A DNA stretch of 64,000 bases from Gemmatimonadota bacterium (lineage in GTDB: Bacteria; Gemmatimonadota; Gemmatimonadetes; Gemmatimonadales; Gemmatimonadaceae), in contig JADJRJ010000028.1 of assembly GCA_016712265.1 (NCBI GenBank), forward strand, positions 1,076,329 to 1,140,328. Reading direction: 5' to 3'. The stretch's first letter is position 1; each line of letters begins with the position of its first letter. A program made the translations under genes and the position numbers. Of this stretch, positions 18,539 to 28,196 are shown piece by piece. A model generated the notes under the pieces. The model saw only the letters and a list, made by a program, of their open reading frames with translations. It did no database searches and was not told where the DNA came from.

Positions 18539-18994
18539 TCAGGCGGGGACCCCGGCAAAGTGACGCAGCTCGTCGATCATGGTGTGGAGCTTCTGCTCCG
18601 TTTCGTCGATCTCGGCCGCTGCCTCGTCCACTGCGAGCAGCCCGGCACGCATCGAGGTGGCCACCTTGTTGAGGTGGCGGATGTTCTCGAGGACCTGTTC
18701 GGTGAGTTTCCGCAGGCCGTGATGCCGACGCTGGTCTGCCTGGGCACGCCGGAATCGTAGCGTCAGGTCGTGGATCGAGAGGGCCCGCGCATGCGCAGCC
18801 ACCTCTTGCGACGACCGGCCCGGGATGGCGCCATGGTCCCGCACTCCCTCGTCCTCCCACGCCTCATCGGCAAACCAGAGGTGGCCGACGAACTCGATGC
18901 CGTCGTTCTCGATGGCCACCGTGACGTTCCAGGTGCGTCCGTCCGCTTCGACCGCCCCGATGTTCACCTCTTCGGCCTGACCCGCGACTGTCAT
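18539..18994 (-). CDS. hypothetical protein (N-terminal beta-rich region, C-terminal coiled coil)
   Basis: 151 aa starting MTVAGQAEEV (CAT at 18992-18994). I recognise no family. Confidence 0.4.
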   Translation of the reverse strand: MTVAGQAEEVNIGAVEADGRTWNVTVAIENDGIEFVGHLWFADEAWEDEGVRDHGAIPGRSSQEVAAHARALSIHDLTLRFRRAQADQRRHHGLRKLTEQVLENIRHLNKVATSMRAGLLAVDEAAAEIDETEQKLHTMIDELRHFAGVPA

Positions 18995-18998
18995 GGGC

Positions 18999-19880
18999 CT
19001 ATCCTCCCGCGGAGTCCCGCAAGAATTGTTCGATGGTGGAGAAGAGAGCCTCTGGCTGCTCCACATAGGGCACATGCCCGGATGCCTCGAGGACGACCAG
19101 GCGGGCGCTCATGGCACGGGCGGCCTCGATCGAGGAATCCACCGGGATGGGATCGTGCCACCCGTGCGTGATGAGTGTCGGCACGCGAAGCGATCGCAGT
19201 CGCGGGAGGAGGTCAAAATCGCCGAGGCTCTCCCAGATCGATTGCTGGACACGCCCGGTGACCCGGAAGGGGGTGAGGTCGGTGGCTCGTCGCGGGTCGG
19301 CGAAGTAGCCGGCGACCGAGAGCTCGAACGCGCGTTGGCGGTAGGCGTCGGGATCACGCTCTCGGAGCCCCGACGCGGCGAGCGCGTCCCGGAGGGCCCG
19401 GATCTCCGCCCCCTGTTGGCGACTCGCAAACTCCTCCTCGAACCGGGTGCGATGCGTGCGAGTGACCGGCGCTGGGTCGATGAGAACCAGGCGCCGCGGC
19501 ATCGGGCCCCCGCGTTGAGGGGCTTCCAGCGCGTAGAGGAGCGCGAGGAGCGCCCCCCACGAATAGCCGACGATCGTGAGCGGGTCGCAGGCGAGCTCCC
19601 GAGCCACCCTGGCTACGTCGTGGACCTGTTCACTCCAGCCGATGGGGGCAGGGTCGTCAGTGCGGGAGCGTCCACCCCCACGCTGGTCGTAGAACACCAG
19701 CTCGCGCGCGTCCCCAAGGGCGAGCATCTGTGGCAACAGGTAGTCGTGGTGGGCGCCCGGGCCGCCGTGGAGGACCAGGAGGGGCGAGACTCCCGCGGGG
19801 CCGTACCTTGCCCAGTAGAGCGGGACGGGAGTCGAGGTGGTGAGGCCGCTCTCGCGCGGGGCAGGGATGGGGGAAGGCAT
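18999..19880 (-). CDS. alpha/beta-fold hydrolase (proline iminopeptidase-like)
   Basis: HGGPG oxyanion motif and a GYSWG nucleophile elbow. 293 aa. Confidence 0.75.
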   Translation of the reverse strand: MPSPIPAPRESGLTTSTPVPLYWARYGPAGVSPLLVLHGGPGAHHDYLLPQMLALGDARELVFYDQRGGGRSRTDDPAPIGWSEQVHDVARVARELACDPLTIVGYSWGALLALLYALEAPQRGGPMPRRLVLIDPAPVTRTHRTRFEEEFASRQQGAEIRALRDALAASGLRERDPDAYRQRAFELSVAGYFADPRRATDLTPFRVTGRVQQSIWESLGDFDLLPRLRSLRVPTLITHGWHDPIPVDSSIEAARAMSARLVVLEASGHVPYVEQPEALFSTIEQFLRDSAGG

Positions 19881-20000
19881 GCCGAAAAGTAGGCGCAGCG
19901 TCGCCACCGGAAGTGCTGGTCCCGAGAGGCCATCGCACTCGGCTGGCTTGTGCCACGAGGTGGCATTAGGCTGAACCAGGTGCCAACGGATGAGGCGAAG

Positions 20001-20672
20001 ATGCGCCGGAGTTTGTTTTGCGCCCTTGGGCTGGCCGGCTCGGGAATATTGGGCGCGCAGCCTGTGCAACCGGGCAAGCGGGTGAAGGACACCACGCCGG
20101 CCCAGTCGTGGGTCGGTCGACTCGACCCCGCGGCAGAACGACGCGGGGCGAACATCACCGAGAACACACTCCTCCAGTCTGGTGACGGGCTGCGGGTGAC
20201 CACCGTGGTGCCCGCGATCTACTGGCGCGCGGCCAACCTGGCATCGGGCACCTACATCGTGAAAGCGGACTTCGCCCAGGCGCGCGGGTCGGCCACCGAG
20301 TTCCACGGCCTCTTCCTCGGGGGCCGTCAGCTCCAGAAGGGTGTGCAGAACTACCTCTACTGCGGGGTCGCCGGGAACGGCACCTTCGCGGTCCGACACA
20401 TCAACGGGCCCGAGGTCAATGAGCTGGCCGGGCGTACCGCCAGCGTCGCCATTCGCAAGGCGAATGCGGAGGGGCGAGCAACCAATCAGGTGGCGCTGAA
20501 GGTCACGCTCGAGCGGACGTCGTGCGTGGTGAACGGGACCGAGGTCTGGGGTTACGCCACGAAGGCGCTGACCGGCCCCGGGAGGCTGGCGTCGACGGAT
20601 GGGTTGGTGGGGATCCGCGTGAACCAGGCCCTCGACGTCGAGGTGACCGGGTTCACGATCACGGGGACCTAG
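20001..20672 (+). CDS. secreted hypothetical protein, possibly concanavalin-like/DUF1080-type fold
   Basis: A signal peptide (MRRSLFCALGLAGSGILGAQ) and a beta-rich sequence. The family assignment is tentative. Confidence 0.4.
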   Translation: MRRSLFCALGLAGSGILGAQPVQPGKRVKDTTPAQSWVGRLDPAAERRGANITENTLLQSGDGLRVTTVVPAIYWRAANLASGTYIVKADFAQARGSATEFHGLFLGGRQLQKGVQNYLYCGVAGNGTFAVRHINGPEVNELAGRTASVAIRKANAEGRATNQVALKVTLERTSCVVNGTEVWGYATKALTGPGRLASTDGLVGIRVNQALDVEVTGFTITGT

Positions 20673-20735
20673 GCGCTGACGGCAGGCCGTGCGGCCGCGT
20701 CGTAGCCCCTGTATCGCGGGCGCGGGGGGCAGTAA

Positions 20736-21653
20736 CTAACGCGCCGAAGCAAGAAGGACATCGCGCGCCAGGCGCACCGTGCGCACATGCGCCTCGACGG
20801 TGGTGGCGACGTCCCGGCCATACCCGCCGGCGATGGTGATAGCGACCGGAATCCCCACGTCGCGGCAGGCGGTGAGCACCATGTGATCGCGCCGCGCCAG
20901 TCCCTCGTGGGTGAGGGCCAAGCGCCCCAGGCGGTCCCCTTCGTGCGGGTCAGCGCCCGCCAGGTAGAACACCAGGTCGGGCTGCGCGCGCGCCAACACC
21001 GCGGGCAGGTGCCGGCCCAGGACCTCGAGGTACTCGTCATCGCCGGTGCCGTCCGCCAGCTCAACATCGACCATCCCCGCGACCTTGCGGAACGGGTAGT
21101 TGCGGGCGCCGTGCATGCTGAAGGTGAAGACGTCGGGGTCACCGGTGAAGATCGCGTGGGTCCCGTTTCCCTGGTGGACATCCAGGTCAACGATCGCCAC
21201 CCGCCGTACGAGGGCCTCCGCCTGCAAGGCCCGGGTCGCCACGGCCACGTCGTTGAACACGCAGTACCCTTCGCCGTGGTCCGCGAACGCGTGGTGGGTC
21301 CCCCCGGCCAGGTTCATCGCGATGCCGGACCGCAACGACTGCTGCGCAGCGGCCAGCGTCCCGCCCACCGCCCGCAATGATCGCTCTGCCAGGGCGGCCG
21401 ACCATGGGAACCCGAGCCGCCGCACCTCTGAGGCTTCGAGACCCCCGTGCAGGATCCGGTCGATGTAGGATGGGGCGTGGACCCGGGAGAGGTCGGCGAC
21501 GCTACTCCGCTCCGGTTCGTGAAGGTGCGACGGCTCCACCAGGCCTTCCGCGCACACCCGGTCGCGCAACAGGGCGTACTTCGCGATGGGAAACCGATGC
21601 CCGTCCGGGAGCGGGATTTCGTAGCGGGCGGAGGTCCAGCAGTGGAGCGGCAT
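20736..21653 (-). CDS. histone deacetylase-family protein (AcuC/arginase-deacetylase fold)
   Basis: Zn-site context GGTHHAFADHGEGYCVFNDVAV ... DLDVHQGNGT ... YLAGADPHEGD. Confidence 0.8.
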   Translation of the reverse strand: MPLHCWTSARYEIPLPDGHRFPIAKYALLRDRVCAEGLVEPSHLHEPERSSVADLSRVHAPSYIDRILHGGLEASEVRRLGFPWSAALAERSLRAVGGTLAAAQQSLRSGIAMNLAGGTHHAFADHGEGYCVFNDVAVATRALQAEALVRRVAIVDLDVHQGNGTHAIFTGDPDVFTFSMHGARNYPFRKVAGMVDVELADGTGDDEYLEVLGRHLPAVLARAQPDLVFYLAGADPHEGDRLGRLALTHEGLARRDHMVLTACRDVGIPVAITIAGGYGRDVATTVEAHVRTVRLARDVLLASAR

Positions 21654-21766
21654 GGCGGCGGTTCGGCGTGGCGCCCCCATCCTAACGCCGCGCGCCGCGG
21701 CGTGCGCGAGGTCGTTTCCCGGGGATGCCGCCGTGCGTCAGTACGTGTGGAACACCTCCCCGACTC

Positions 21767-23398
21767 ATGACCGCGCAGAATCCATCCAACCCGGCGTTCA
21801 ACGGTGAGCTGGCACACCTGGTCTGGCTCCTCGTGTACCGGCCAACGCACCTCGACGCCCAGAAGGGAGCGTTGCGACGCGCGCTGGCGATCGTGCTGGA
21901 GGACGGTTGCCGTGTGAGCCAGGTGGATGTCGCCAACGCGGCTGCCGAGTTGTCCAGGGCCGAGGCGCGCCCGGACGACTTCCTCTGGCTGACCGAGCTG
22001 GCGGCGCGCATGGGGGCCCACGCGGTGCGCGTGGTTGAAGTGCACCAGGGGGCTCGCGCGGTCGATGTGCTCGGGTTGGCTCGCGCGCTCGCCGCGGCTG
22101 GCGCGCAGGACGACGGGCGGTCGTTCGACGCGGAGATCCTGTCACTGGCACCGACCACCTTGACCGTGCACCTGGGGCGGACCGGCTTCGTCCGAACGCC
22201 AACCCCGCCCGGCGGAATGCGGCCCATCGGTCTGCGGCCGAGTCTCACCCCGCCGGTGGGCCAGATGTCAGTGGCTGACGCCATCAAGGAGCGAGGGCCC
22301 CGCTCAGCACTGGAGACGCCCTCTGCACTCCGGCGCCCGACCCCGGAGGCCGCGGTCCGGATCATCCAGGACGCGATCATGCCGCAGTCCACCGACCTTG
22401 CCCCGAGCGACCTGGTGATGCGGTTGCGAGGCGAGCTGACGCCCGACGATGCTCCCCCGGTCCTCGATGAGATCGGCCGGATGCTCGAGAGTGCGGCCGG
22501 GGTCGGACGCTGGGACCTCATTGTCGACGTGGCCACCAAGCTGCTGGATCGCGAAGCCTTGGTCACCGACCCGGATGTGCGTCGTGCCTTCGGGATCCAG
22601 TTCCGTCGGCTCGCCAAGCCGAGCAACATGCGAGGCATCATTGACCTGCTCGTGACCCGTCGCGAACTCCGGGACGACATCCACCGGTTCCTGCAGCGGC
22701 AGGGGGAGCCGGCGGCCGACCTCCTGGTGGAGATGCTCGTCGCGGCCGAGGGCGCCGCGGCACGTCGGGCCTATCGTGATGCGATCCTCAAGTGTCCGAG
22801 CGCGGTCGAACCGCTGATGCACCTCCTGCGTGACCACCGGTGGTTCGTGGTCCGCAATGCGGCTGAGTTGTTAGGAGAACTCAACGCTACCGAGGCCGAC
22901 CAGGAGCTGATCAACACCGCACGACACTCGGACGTTCGGGTGCGTCGAGCGGCCACCCTGGCCCTGATTCGCCTGGGGACGCCTCGTGCCATGCACACGA
23001 TGCTGCATGCCCTGGTCGATGAGGAAGCAGAAGTGCGCCGCCGCGCGGCCAGTGGACTGGGCGCGATGCGACACAATCCTCGGGCCGCCGCGGGGTTGCT
23101 GGCCGCGCTGGACGACGAGGAGGACGCGGATGTCATTCATGCCGTCCTCGCCGCGTTGGGCCATCACGCGACCCCGGAGGTTGTCACGCGGCTCATCAAG
23201 GAGTCGAGCGCCGGATCGATTCTCCGGCGCCGGACGTCAGCCCGTCGGGTTGCCGCGATCGCGGGGCTGGCCGAGGCCGCGACGCCAGAGGCGCTGGCCC
23301 AGCTGCGCGCACTGGCGGGAGACAAGGACCGGGCCGTGCGAGAGGCGGCGGAGCGAGCGCTCGCCGCCTCCGCTGAACCGGCTACTTCGCCCGCTTGA
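21767..23398 (+). CDS. HEAT-repeat (PBS-lyase-like) protein
   Basis: Multiple VRxxAAxALGxxG-type repeats (RNAAELLGELN, VRRAATLALIRLG, VRRRAASGLGAM, IHAVLAALGHH). Its 3' end overlaps the convergent hydrolase gene by 17 bp. Confidence 0.65.
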   Translation: MTAQNPSNPAFNGELAHLVWLLVYRPTHLDAQKGALRRALAIVLEDGCRVSQVDVANAAAELSRAEARPDDFLWLTELAARMGAHAVRVVEVHQGARAVDVLGLARALAAAGAQDDGRSFDAEILSLAPTTLTVHLGRTGFVRTPTPPGGMRPIGLRPSLTPPVGQMSVADAIKERGPRSALETPSALRRPTPEAAVRIIQDAIMPQSTDLAPSDLVMRLRGELTPDDAPPVLDEIGRMLESAAGVGRWDLIVDVATKLLDREALVTDPDVRRAFGIQFRRLAKPSNMRGIIDLLVTRRELRDDIHRFLQRQGEPAADLLVEMLVAAEGAAARRAYRDAILKCPSAVEPLMHLLRDHRWFVVRNAAELLGELNATEADQELINTARHSDVRVRRAATLALIRLGTPRAMHTMLHALVDEEAEVRRRAASGLGAMRHNPRAAAGLLAALDDEEDADVIHAVLAALGHHATPEVVTRLIKESSAGSILRRRTSARRVAAIAGLAEAATPEALAQLRALAGDKDRAVREAAERALAASAEPATSPA

Positions 23399-24797
23399 GG
23401 ATCGAGTACCCGTAGGAGCTGTCGATCCGGAGTTCGGTGGTCGCCGCTCCCGACATGGTGAACACGTAGTGCGTTTCGTCGTCGGCCCATGTCCCGCCAC
23501 CGAGGTAGACCAGGGTCACCGGCGCGGGCTCCGGGGTGGGCGTCACCATGTTCCGGTCTGGTCCCGCGCGCAGCCTCAGCGTTCCGTTCTCGACGGCAAC
23601 CCGGGCGCGCATCGTTTGGCCACGAGAGACGCCGGTGTACTCCCCGGCGAGGGCGTTCATGTCGCCGCTGAAGGTCTCGGTCTTCGCCGGCGCACGGCCG
23701 AGGATGCTCATCGCCACGTCGACCGCGAGCGGGTCGGCAGCCATCGGCCCGACGGTGTTGATCAGCACGACCACGGTGAGGGAGTCGTCCGGATAGTAGT
23801 GCGATGCTGATACAAACCCGTTGATGCCACCGCCGTGCTCGATGAGACGGTGGCCACCGACGGTGCGGAGGGCGAGGCCGGTGCCGTAGCGGAGCCGCGT
23901 GCCGTCGTTGAGCACGCCCGGGGTGATCATCTCCGTGTAGGAGGCCGGGGGCAACACCTGGCCATTGTGCAGGGCGCGATTCCAGGCCGCGAGGTCACGC
24001 ACCGTCGAGCAGAGCGAGCCTGCGGCGTACGGCCAGGTGTGCACGAGGAATCCCTTGTGGTGCAGTGCGCTGTCCGCCCCGTACTCGTAGCCCTTCACCT
24101 TGCGCTTCATGATGTCCTTCTCCGAGCAATACGCGGAGCTCGCCATGCCGGCCTTCTCGAAGAGGTTCTTCTGGACGTAGTCGGCGTAGGACATGCCGGA
24201 CAGTTTCTCGATGATCAGCCCGGCGAGGAAATAGGCAGAGTTGTTGTAGACCTCGAGCGCGCCGGGGGCGAACTCGAACTTCTCGCGGCTGAAGGCCGCG
24301 ACCAGGGTATCCTTGGGGAGGTCGCGCAGCATGAGCGGCCCGAACATCGGCATCTCGGTGTATCCCTTGATGCCCGAGGTGTGGTCCAGGAGGCGGCGAA
24401 TCGAGACCTTCTGCCCCTGCATGGGATAGTCCGGGAGGTGCTTGGAGAGGTCGTCGTCCAGGGCGAGCTTGCCGGCGTCCCGGAGTTGCATGATCGCAGC
24501 GGCCGTGAACTGCTTCGTGACGGACCCAATCTCGTACACGGCACCCGCTGGCGTGGGCACTTCGAGCTCCAGGTCGGCCGAGCCGTAGCCCTTCATCAGG
24601 ACCGTGTCCGCACCCTTCATGACGCCAATGGAGAAGCCGGCGGCTTGTCCCGTCGCCATGCGGGCGGCCGCAATGGAGTCGATGCGCGCGACGATCGCGC
24701 GTGCGGGCGCGGAGGACGAGCCACCACCCTGGCAGGCGGTGCCGACGAGGGACAACACAACGAGGCGCGCCGCAGCGCGCCATGGATGATGCTTCAT
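23382..24797 (-). CDS. serine hydrolase, beta-lactamase-related, lipoprotein
   Basis: A 471-aa protein with a lipobox (LVGTACQ) and the S-x-x-K motif (SVTKQF), in the class C/PBP-like family. Confidence 0.75.
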   Translation of the reverse strand: MKHHPWRAAARLVVLSLVGTACQGGGSSSAPARAIVARIDSIAAARMATGQAAGFSIGVMKGADTVLMKGYGSADLELEVPTPAGAVYEIGSVTKQFTAAAIMQLRDAGKLALDDDLSKHLPDYPMQGQKVSIRRLLDHTSGIKGYTEMPMFGPLMLRDLPKDTLVAAFSREKFEFAPGALEVYNNSAYFLAGLIIEKLSGMSYADYVQKNLFEKAGMASSAYCSEKDIMKRKVKGYEYGADSALHHKGFLVHTWPYAAGSLCSTVRDLAAWNRALHNGQVLPPASYTEMITPGVLNDGTRLRYGTGLALRTVGGHRLIEHGGGINGFVSASHYYPDDSLTVVVLINTVGPMAADPLAVDVAMSILGRAPAKTETFSGDMNALAGEYTGVSRGQTMRARVAVENGTLRLRAGPDRNMVTPTPEPAPVTLVYLGGGTWADDETHYVFTMSGAATTELRIDSSYGYSILKRAK

Positions 24798-24819
24798 GGG
24801 AGGGGTCGCGGGAGGGGAA

Positions 24820-25887
24820 CTACCGGGCGGAAAAATCCGTCGCGCGGGTCACGCGGCGGCAGGTGGCCGCGATTAAGGTAGCGGCGCGATCGACGTCGTC
24901 CAGACTCACCATCTCGTTCGGCGAGTGCATGTACCGGTTCGGAATGGACACCAGGCCGGTGGCGACCCCTTCTCGCGCGATATGGATGAAGTCGGCATCG
25001 GTCGCGGTGTCGCGTCCGACGGCATGCACCGAAACCGGGATCTCCAGCGCGGCGGCGCCCTCGCGGAGCAGCGAAAACACGACGGGAGAGATCACGGAGC
25101 CCCGGGCAAGGACGGGACCTCCGCCCAGCGTGTGGTCGCCGTGCTCCTTCTTCTCGACGCCCGGATGGTCCGTGGCAAAGGTGACATCGACCGCAATGGC
25201 CATGACCGGCGAGAGGCGGTTGGCCGCGACGAGCGCGCCCCCTCCGTGGTAGGCGATCTCCTCCTGCGCCGTGGCGACGGCCACGACGCGGGCCTCCCCT
25301 GGTTCCGCGGCGTACCGGCGGAGCGCTTCCGCGACGACAAAAGCTCCGATGCGGTTGTCGATGGCGCGCGAGACGAGGCGGCCGTTGGGAAGCTCGATGG
25401 CCTGCCCGTCGATCACCCCCGGGTCGCCGACCTGCACGAGCTCAAGGGCCTGAGCCTTGCTCGACGCCCCGATATCGACCCACAGGTCGGTCACCTTGGA
25501 CGCCTTCTCACGCTCGTCCGGCTTCATCACGTGAATGGGCTTCTTTCCCACGACCCCCAGCACGGGACCGCGGGCCGCCAGGAATCGGATCCGCTGGCCG
25601 ACGAGGACCTGTGGGTCCCATCCCCCGATGGGCGCGACATACACCAGCCCGCCGTCATCCACCCAGGTGACGATCAGGCCGATCTCGTCGATGTGCCCGG
25701 CGAGCATGATGGTGGGTCCGCCGCCACCCTCCACCGTGGCCACGCTGTTCCCCATGACGTCAGCATGCACCACCGCCACGTCAGCGACTCCCTCGCGCCA
25801 CACACGCGCCGCGGCGCCCTCGAAGCCGGATGGCCCCGGCGTGTCGAGCAATTTCTTCAGGAAGCTGACGGATTGGGCGGAAAGCAT
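24820..25887 (-). CDS. M42-family aminopeptidase/endoglucanase (FrvX-like)
   Basis: 355 aa starting MLSAQSVSFLKKLLDTPGPSGFE with metal-ligand context (GHIDEIG, AIDNRIG, EEIAYHGG). Confidence 0.75.
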   Translation of the reverse strand: MLSAQSVSFLKKLLDTPGPSGFEGAAARVWREGVADVAVVHADVMGNSVATVEGGGGPTIMLAGHIDEIGLIVTWVDDGGLVYVAPIGGWDPQVLVGQRIRFLAARGPVLGVVGKKPIHVMKPDEREKASKVTDLWVDIGASSKAQALELVQVGDPGVIDGQAIELPNGRLVSRAIDNRIGAFVVAEALRRYAAEPGEARVVAVATAQEEIAYHGGGALVAANRLSPVMAIAVDVTFATDHPGVEKKEHGDHTLGGGPVLARGSVISPVVFSLLREGAAALEIPVSVHAVGRDTATDADFIHIAREGVATGLVSIPNRYMHSPNEMVSLDDVDRAATLIAATCRRVTRATDFSAR

Positions 25888-26047
25888 CACGAAGGGGAGG
25901 CGGGTCGGATGGCGCGGCGTCTCACCCGAACGCGCCCCGAGGCACGCGGGCGCTGGGGGCCGGCGACGGCAGGGGCGGGGGCGGGCGTCGTTACATGGAC
26001 GAGGTGCGTGGACTCGAGGTAATCCAGCCAGCCCCACCGCACCGACA

Positions 26048-26422
26048 TCAGGAACCCCGGCGCGCCGGAAAGGCCATGAAGGTGATGAGGAGGAACAGCA
26101 ACCCCGGGATGTACCAGACCGGGGAGCCCCCCAGGAACCAGACCACCGCACCAAAGAGGGCCACGGTTTCGCCGAGCGCCCACCCGATGATCGACCAGGT
26201 CTGGCGGTGCGAGGATGCCTCGGACTTGTGGTATTGCTGCAGTGCGAAGGCGGAGCCACCAATGGCCATCACCCAGAGCCCCTGACCGATCCACCGGAGC
26301 TGGCGCAGCATATCGGCGGTAAGCGTTGGGGCGTCTGGCGAGAGGCGTGAGGCATAGACGACGCCCCCAAACAGCAGGACGCCGAGCAGCATCGCGAACC
26401 GGATCGTGAGGGTGGGAGACAT
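26048..26422 (-). CDS. integral membrane protein, hypothetical
   Basis: 124 aa with 4 hydrophobic helices. Confidence 0.45.
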   Translation of the reverse strand: MSPTLTIRFAMLLGVLLFGGVVYASRLSPDAPTLTADMLRQLRWIGQGLWVMAIGGSAFALQQYHKSEASSHRQTWSIIGWALGETVALFGAVVWFLGGSPVWYIPGLLFLLITFMAFPARRGS

Positions 26423-26434
26423 GGTGACCGCGCC

Positions 26435-28108
26435 TTACATGGATGCTTTGCGTTCGTAGGCAACCTTGCCACCCACCCAGGTGGACAACACCCGCGTCTT
26501 GAGCACCAGCTCGGCCGGTACCTGCATGATATCCTGGTCAAGGATGACGAAGTCGGCCAGCTTGCCGGCTTCGAGGGAACCGACCTCCTTCTCCATGTTC
26601 CCGGCCCAGGCGGCCCAGATCGTCATCGACTTGAGCGCCTCCTCGCGGGTCATGGCTTCCTGCGGAATCCATCCACCGACCGGCCAATTCTTCGCGTCCT
26701 GGCGGGAGAAGGCCGCATGGAAGGAGATCAGGGGATTCACCATCTCCACGGGGAAATCGGACCCGTTCGCGATCACGACTCCCGTGTTCAGCAGCGAACG
26801 CCAGGCATACGAGCCAAGCAGTCGGCCCTGGCCGAGCCGGTTGCCCGCCCAGTACATGTCGCTCGTCTGGTGGCTCGACTGCATGGCGGGGACGACCCCG
26901 AGCTGGGCAAACCGTGGGATGTCCTCGGAGTGGATGATCTGCGCGTGTTCGATGCGAAATCGATGGTCGCCACTCGGGACGGCGGCCAGCGCCTTTTCGT
27001 AGGCATCAAGGACCATGCGATTGGCGCGGTCGCCGATGGCATGTGTGTTGAGCTGGAAGCCGTTGCGCAGGGCGCGGGTCGCAACATCGGCGAGTCGCTC
27101 GGGGGCGACGCGCACGAGGCCCGTGGTCTTGGGGTCGTCCGCGTATGGCTCAAGAAGGGCGGCACCACGTGACCCAAGGGCACCGTCAGCGTACGCCTTG
27201 ATGGCGGTGATCCACAACTTCCCGTCGTGCAGCCCGCGCTGGGGTCCGCGCCGGAAAAAGGTCGCCAGCGAGGAGTCGTCGGGCTGGATCATCACGTAGT
27301 GACGCAGCGGATAGTCTCCGGTTTTCGCTAGTTCTTCGTAGACGGCGATTTCCCGTCGCCCAACCCCGGCATCGTGGACGCTGGTCAGCCCCCACTTGTT
27401 GACCTCGGCAATGGCGGCCCGCGTGGCCGCGCGCAGTTCCGCATCGGAGGCGGGCGGGATCTTCGCGCCCACGGACCCCATGGCGTCGTCGATGAGGACG
27501 CCGGTGGGTGAGCCATCTGCGTTTCGCTCCAGCTTGCCCCCACGCGTGTCCTGGGTCGCGGCCGTGACGTTCGCGGCCTTCATGGCCGCGGCGTTCACCA
27601 GGGCGGCGTGTCCGTCCACACGCACAAGGTAGACGGGGTGATTCGGCACCGCGCGTGACAGCGCCTCATGCGTCGGGAAGCGGGTATCGGCCCAGTCGTT
27701 CTGGTCCCAGCCGCGACCGACGATCCATTGTCCAGCGGGCGTCTCCTTCGCACGCGCGGCGACGCGTGCGACAATCTCCTCGTAGGATGTGGTGCCGACC
27801 AGGTCGACCGTGCGGAGGGCCGAGCCAAGACCACCGAGATGGGCGTGGGCGTCGATCATCCCCGGGATCACGGTTCGGCCGTCGAGGTCGACGACCCGGG
27901 TGCCACTTCCTCGATAGGTCATGGCCTGGCGTACCGGACCGGTGAACAGGACCTTGCCGTCCTTGACCGCCATCGCGTCAACGAACGGTCGGTTCTGGTC
28001 GACGGTGTAGATGCGACCGTTGTGGACGATGAGGTCGGCGGCTGGCGGCTGCGCGTGGAGCGCAGTGGCGAGACCGAGGAGGGGAAGCCAACAGGTGGTC
28101 CGGGACAT
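26435..28108 (-). CDS. amidohydrolase-family metal-dependent hydrolase (amidohydro_3 type), secreted
   Basis: 557 aa starting MSRTTCWLPLLGLATALHAQ with the IDAHAHLGGLG metal-binding motif. The upstream 70 codons are rejected. Confidence 0.75.
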   Translation of the reverse strand: MSRTTCWLPLLGLATALHAQPPAADLIVHNGRIYTVDQNRPFVDAMAVKDGKVLFTGPVRQAMTYRGSGTRVVDLDGRTVIPGMIDAHAHLGGLGSALRTVDLVGTTSYEEIVARVAARAKETPAGQWIVGRGWDQNDWADTRFPTHEALSRAVPNHPVYLVRVDGHAALVNAAAMKAANVTAATQDTRGGKLERNADGSPTGVLIDDAMGSVGAKIPPASDAELRAATRAAIAEVNKWGLTSVHDAGVGRREIAVYEELAKTGDYPLRHYVMIQPDDSSLATFFRRGPQRGLHDGKLWITAIKAYADGALGSRGAALLEPYADDPKTTGLVRVAPERLADVATRALRNGFQLNTHAIGDRANRMVLDAYEKALAAVPSGDHRFRIEHAQIIHSEDIPRFAQLGVVPAMQSSHQTSDMYWAGNRLGQGRLLGSYAWRSLLNTGVVIANGSDFPVEMVNPLISFHAAFSRQDAKNWPVGGWIPQEAMTREEALKSMTIWAAWAGNMEKEVGSLEAGKLADFVILDQDIMQVPAELVLKTRVLSTWVGGKVAYERKASM

Positions 28109-28196
28109 AATTTGGGGAGAGATGCTCCCGAAACATGCTGACGCAACTCCTCGGCCGGGAGGTGTGGTTCGTGGCGGAACCTCGAGCCCACCGATA

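Noticed and set aside
19613-20203. Minus-strand ORFs overlapping the alpha/beta hydrolase and the secreted protein genes (19613..20203, 19657..19956)
   Set aside because: These are overlapping spurious frames. The hydrolase and secreted protein have coherent motifs and signal peptides.
20673-20735. Hairpin GGCCG-TG-CGGCC after the secreted-protein gene as a terminator
   Set aside because: The loop is too small for a stable hairpin and there is no U-tract.
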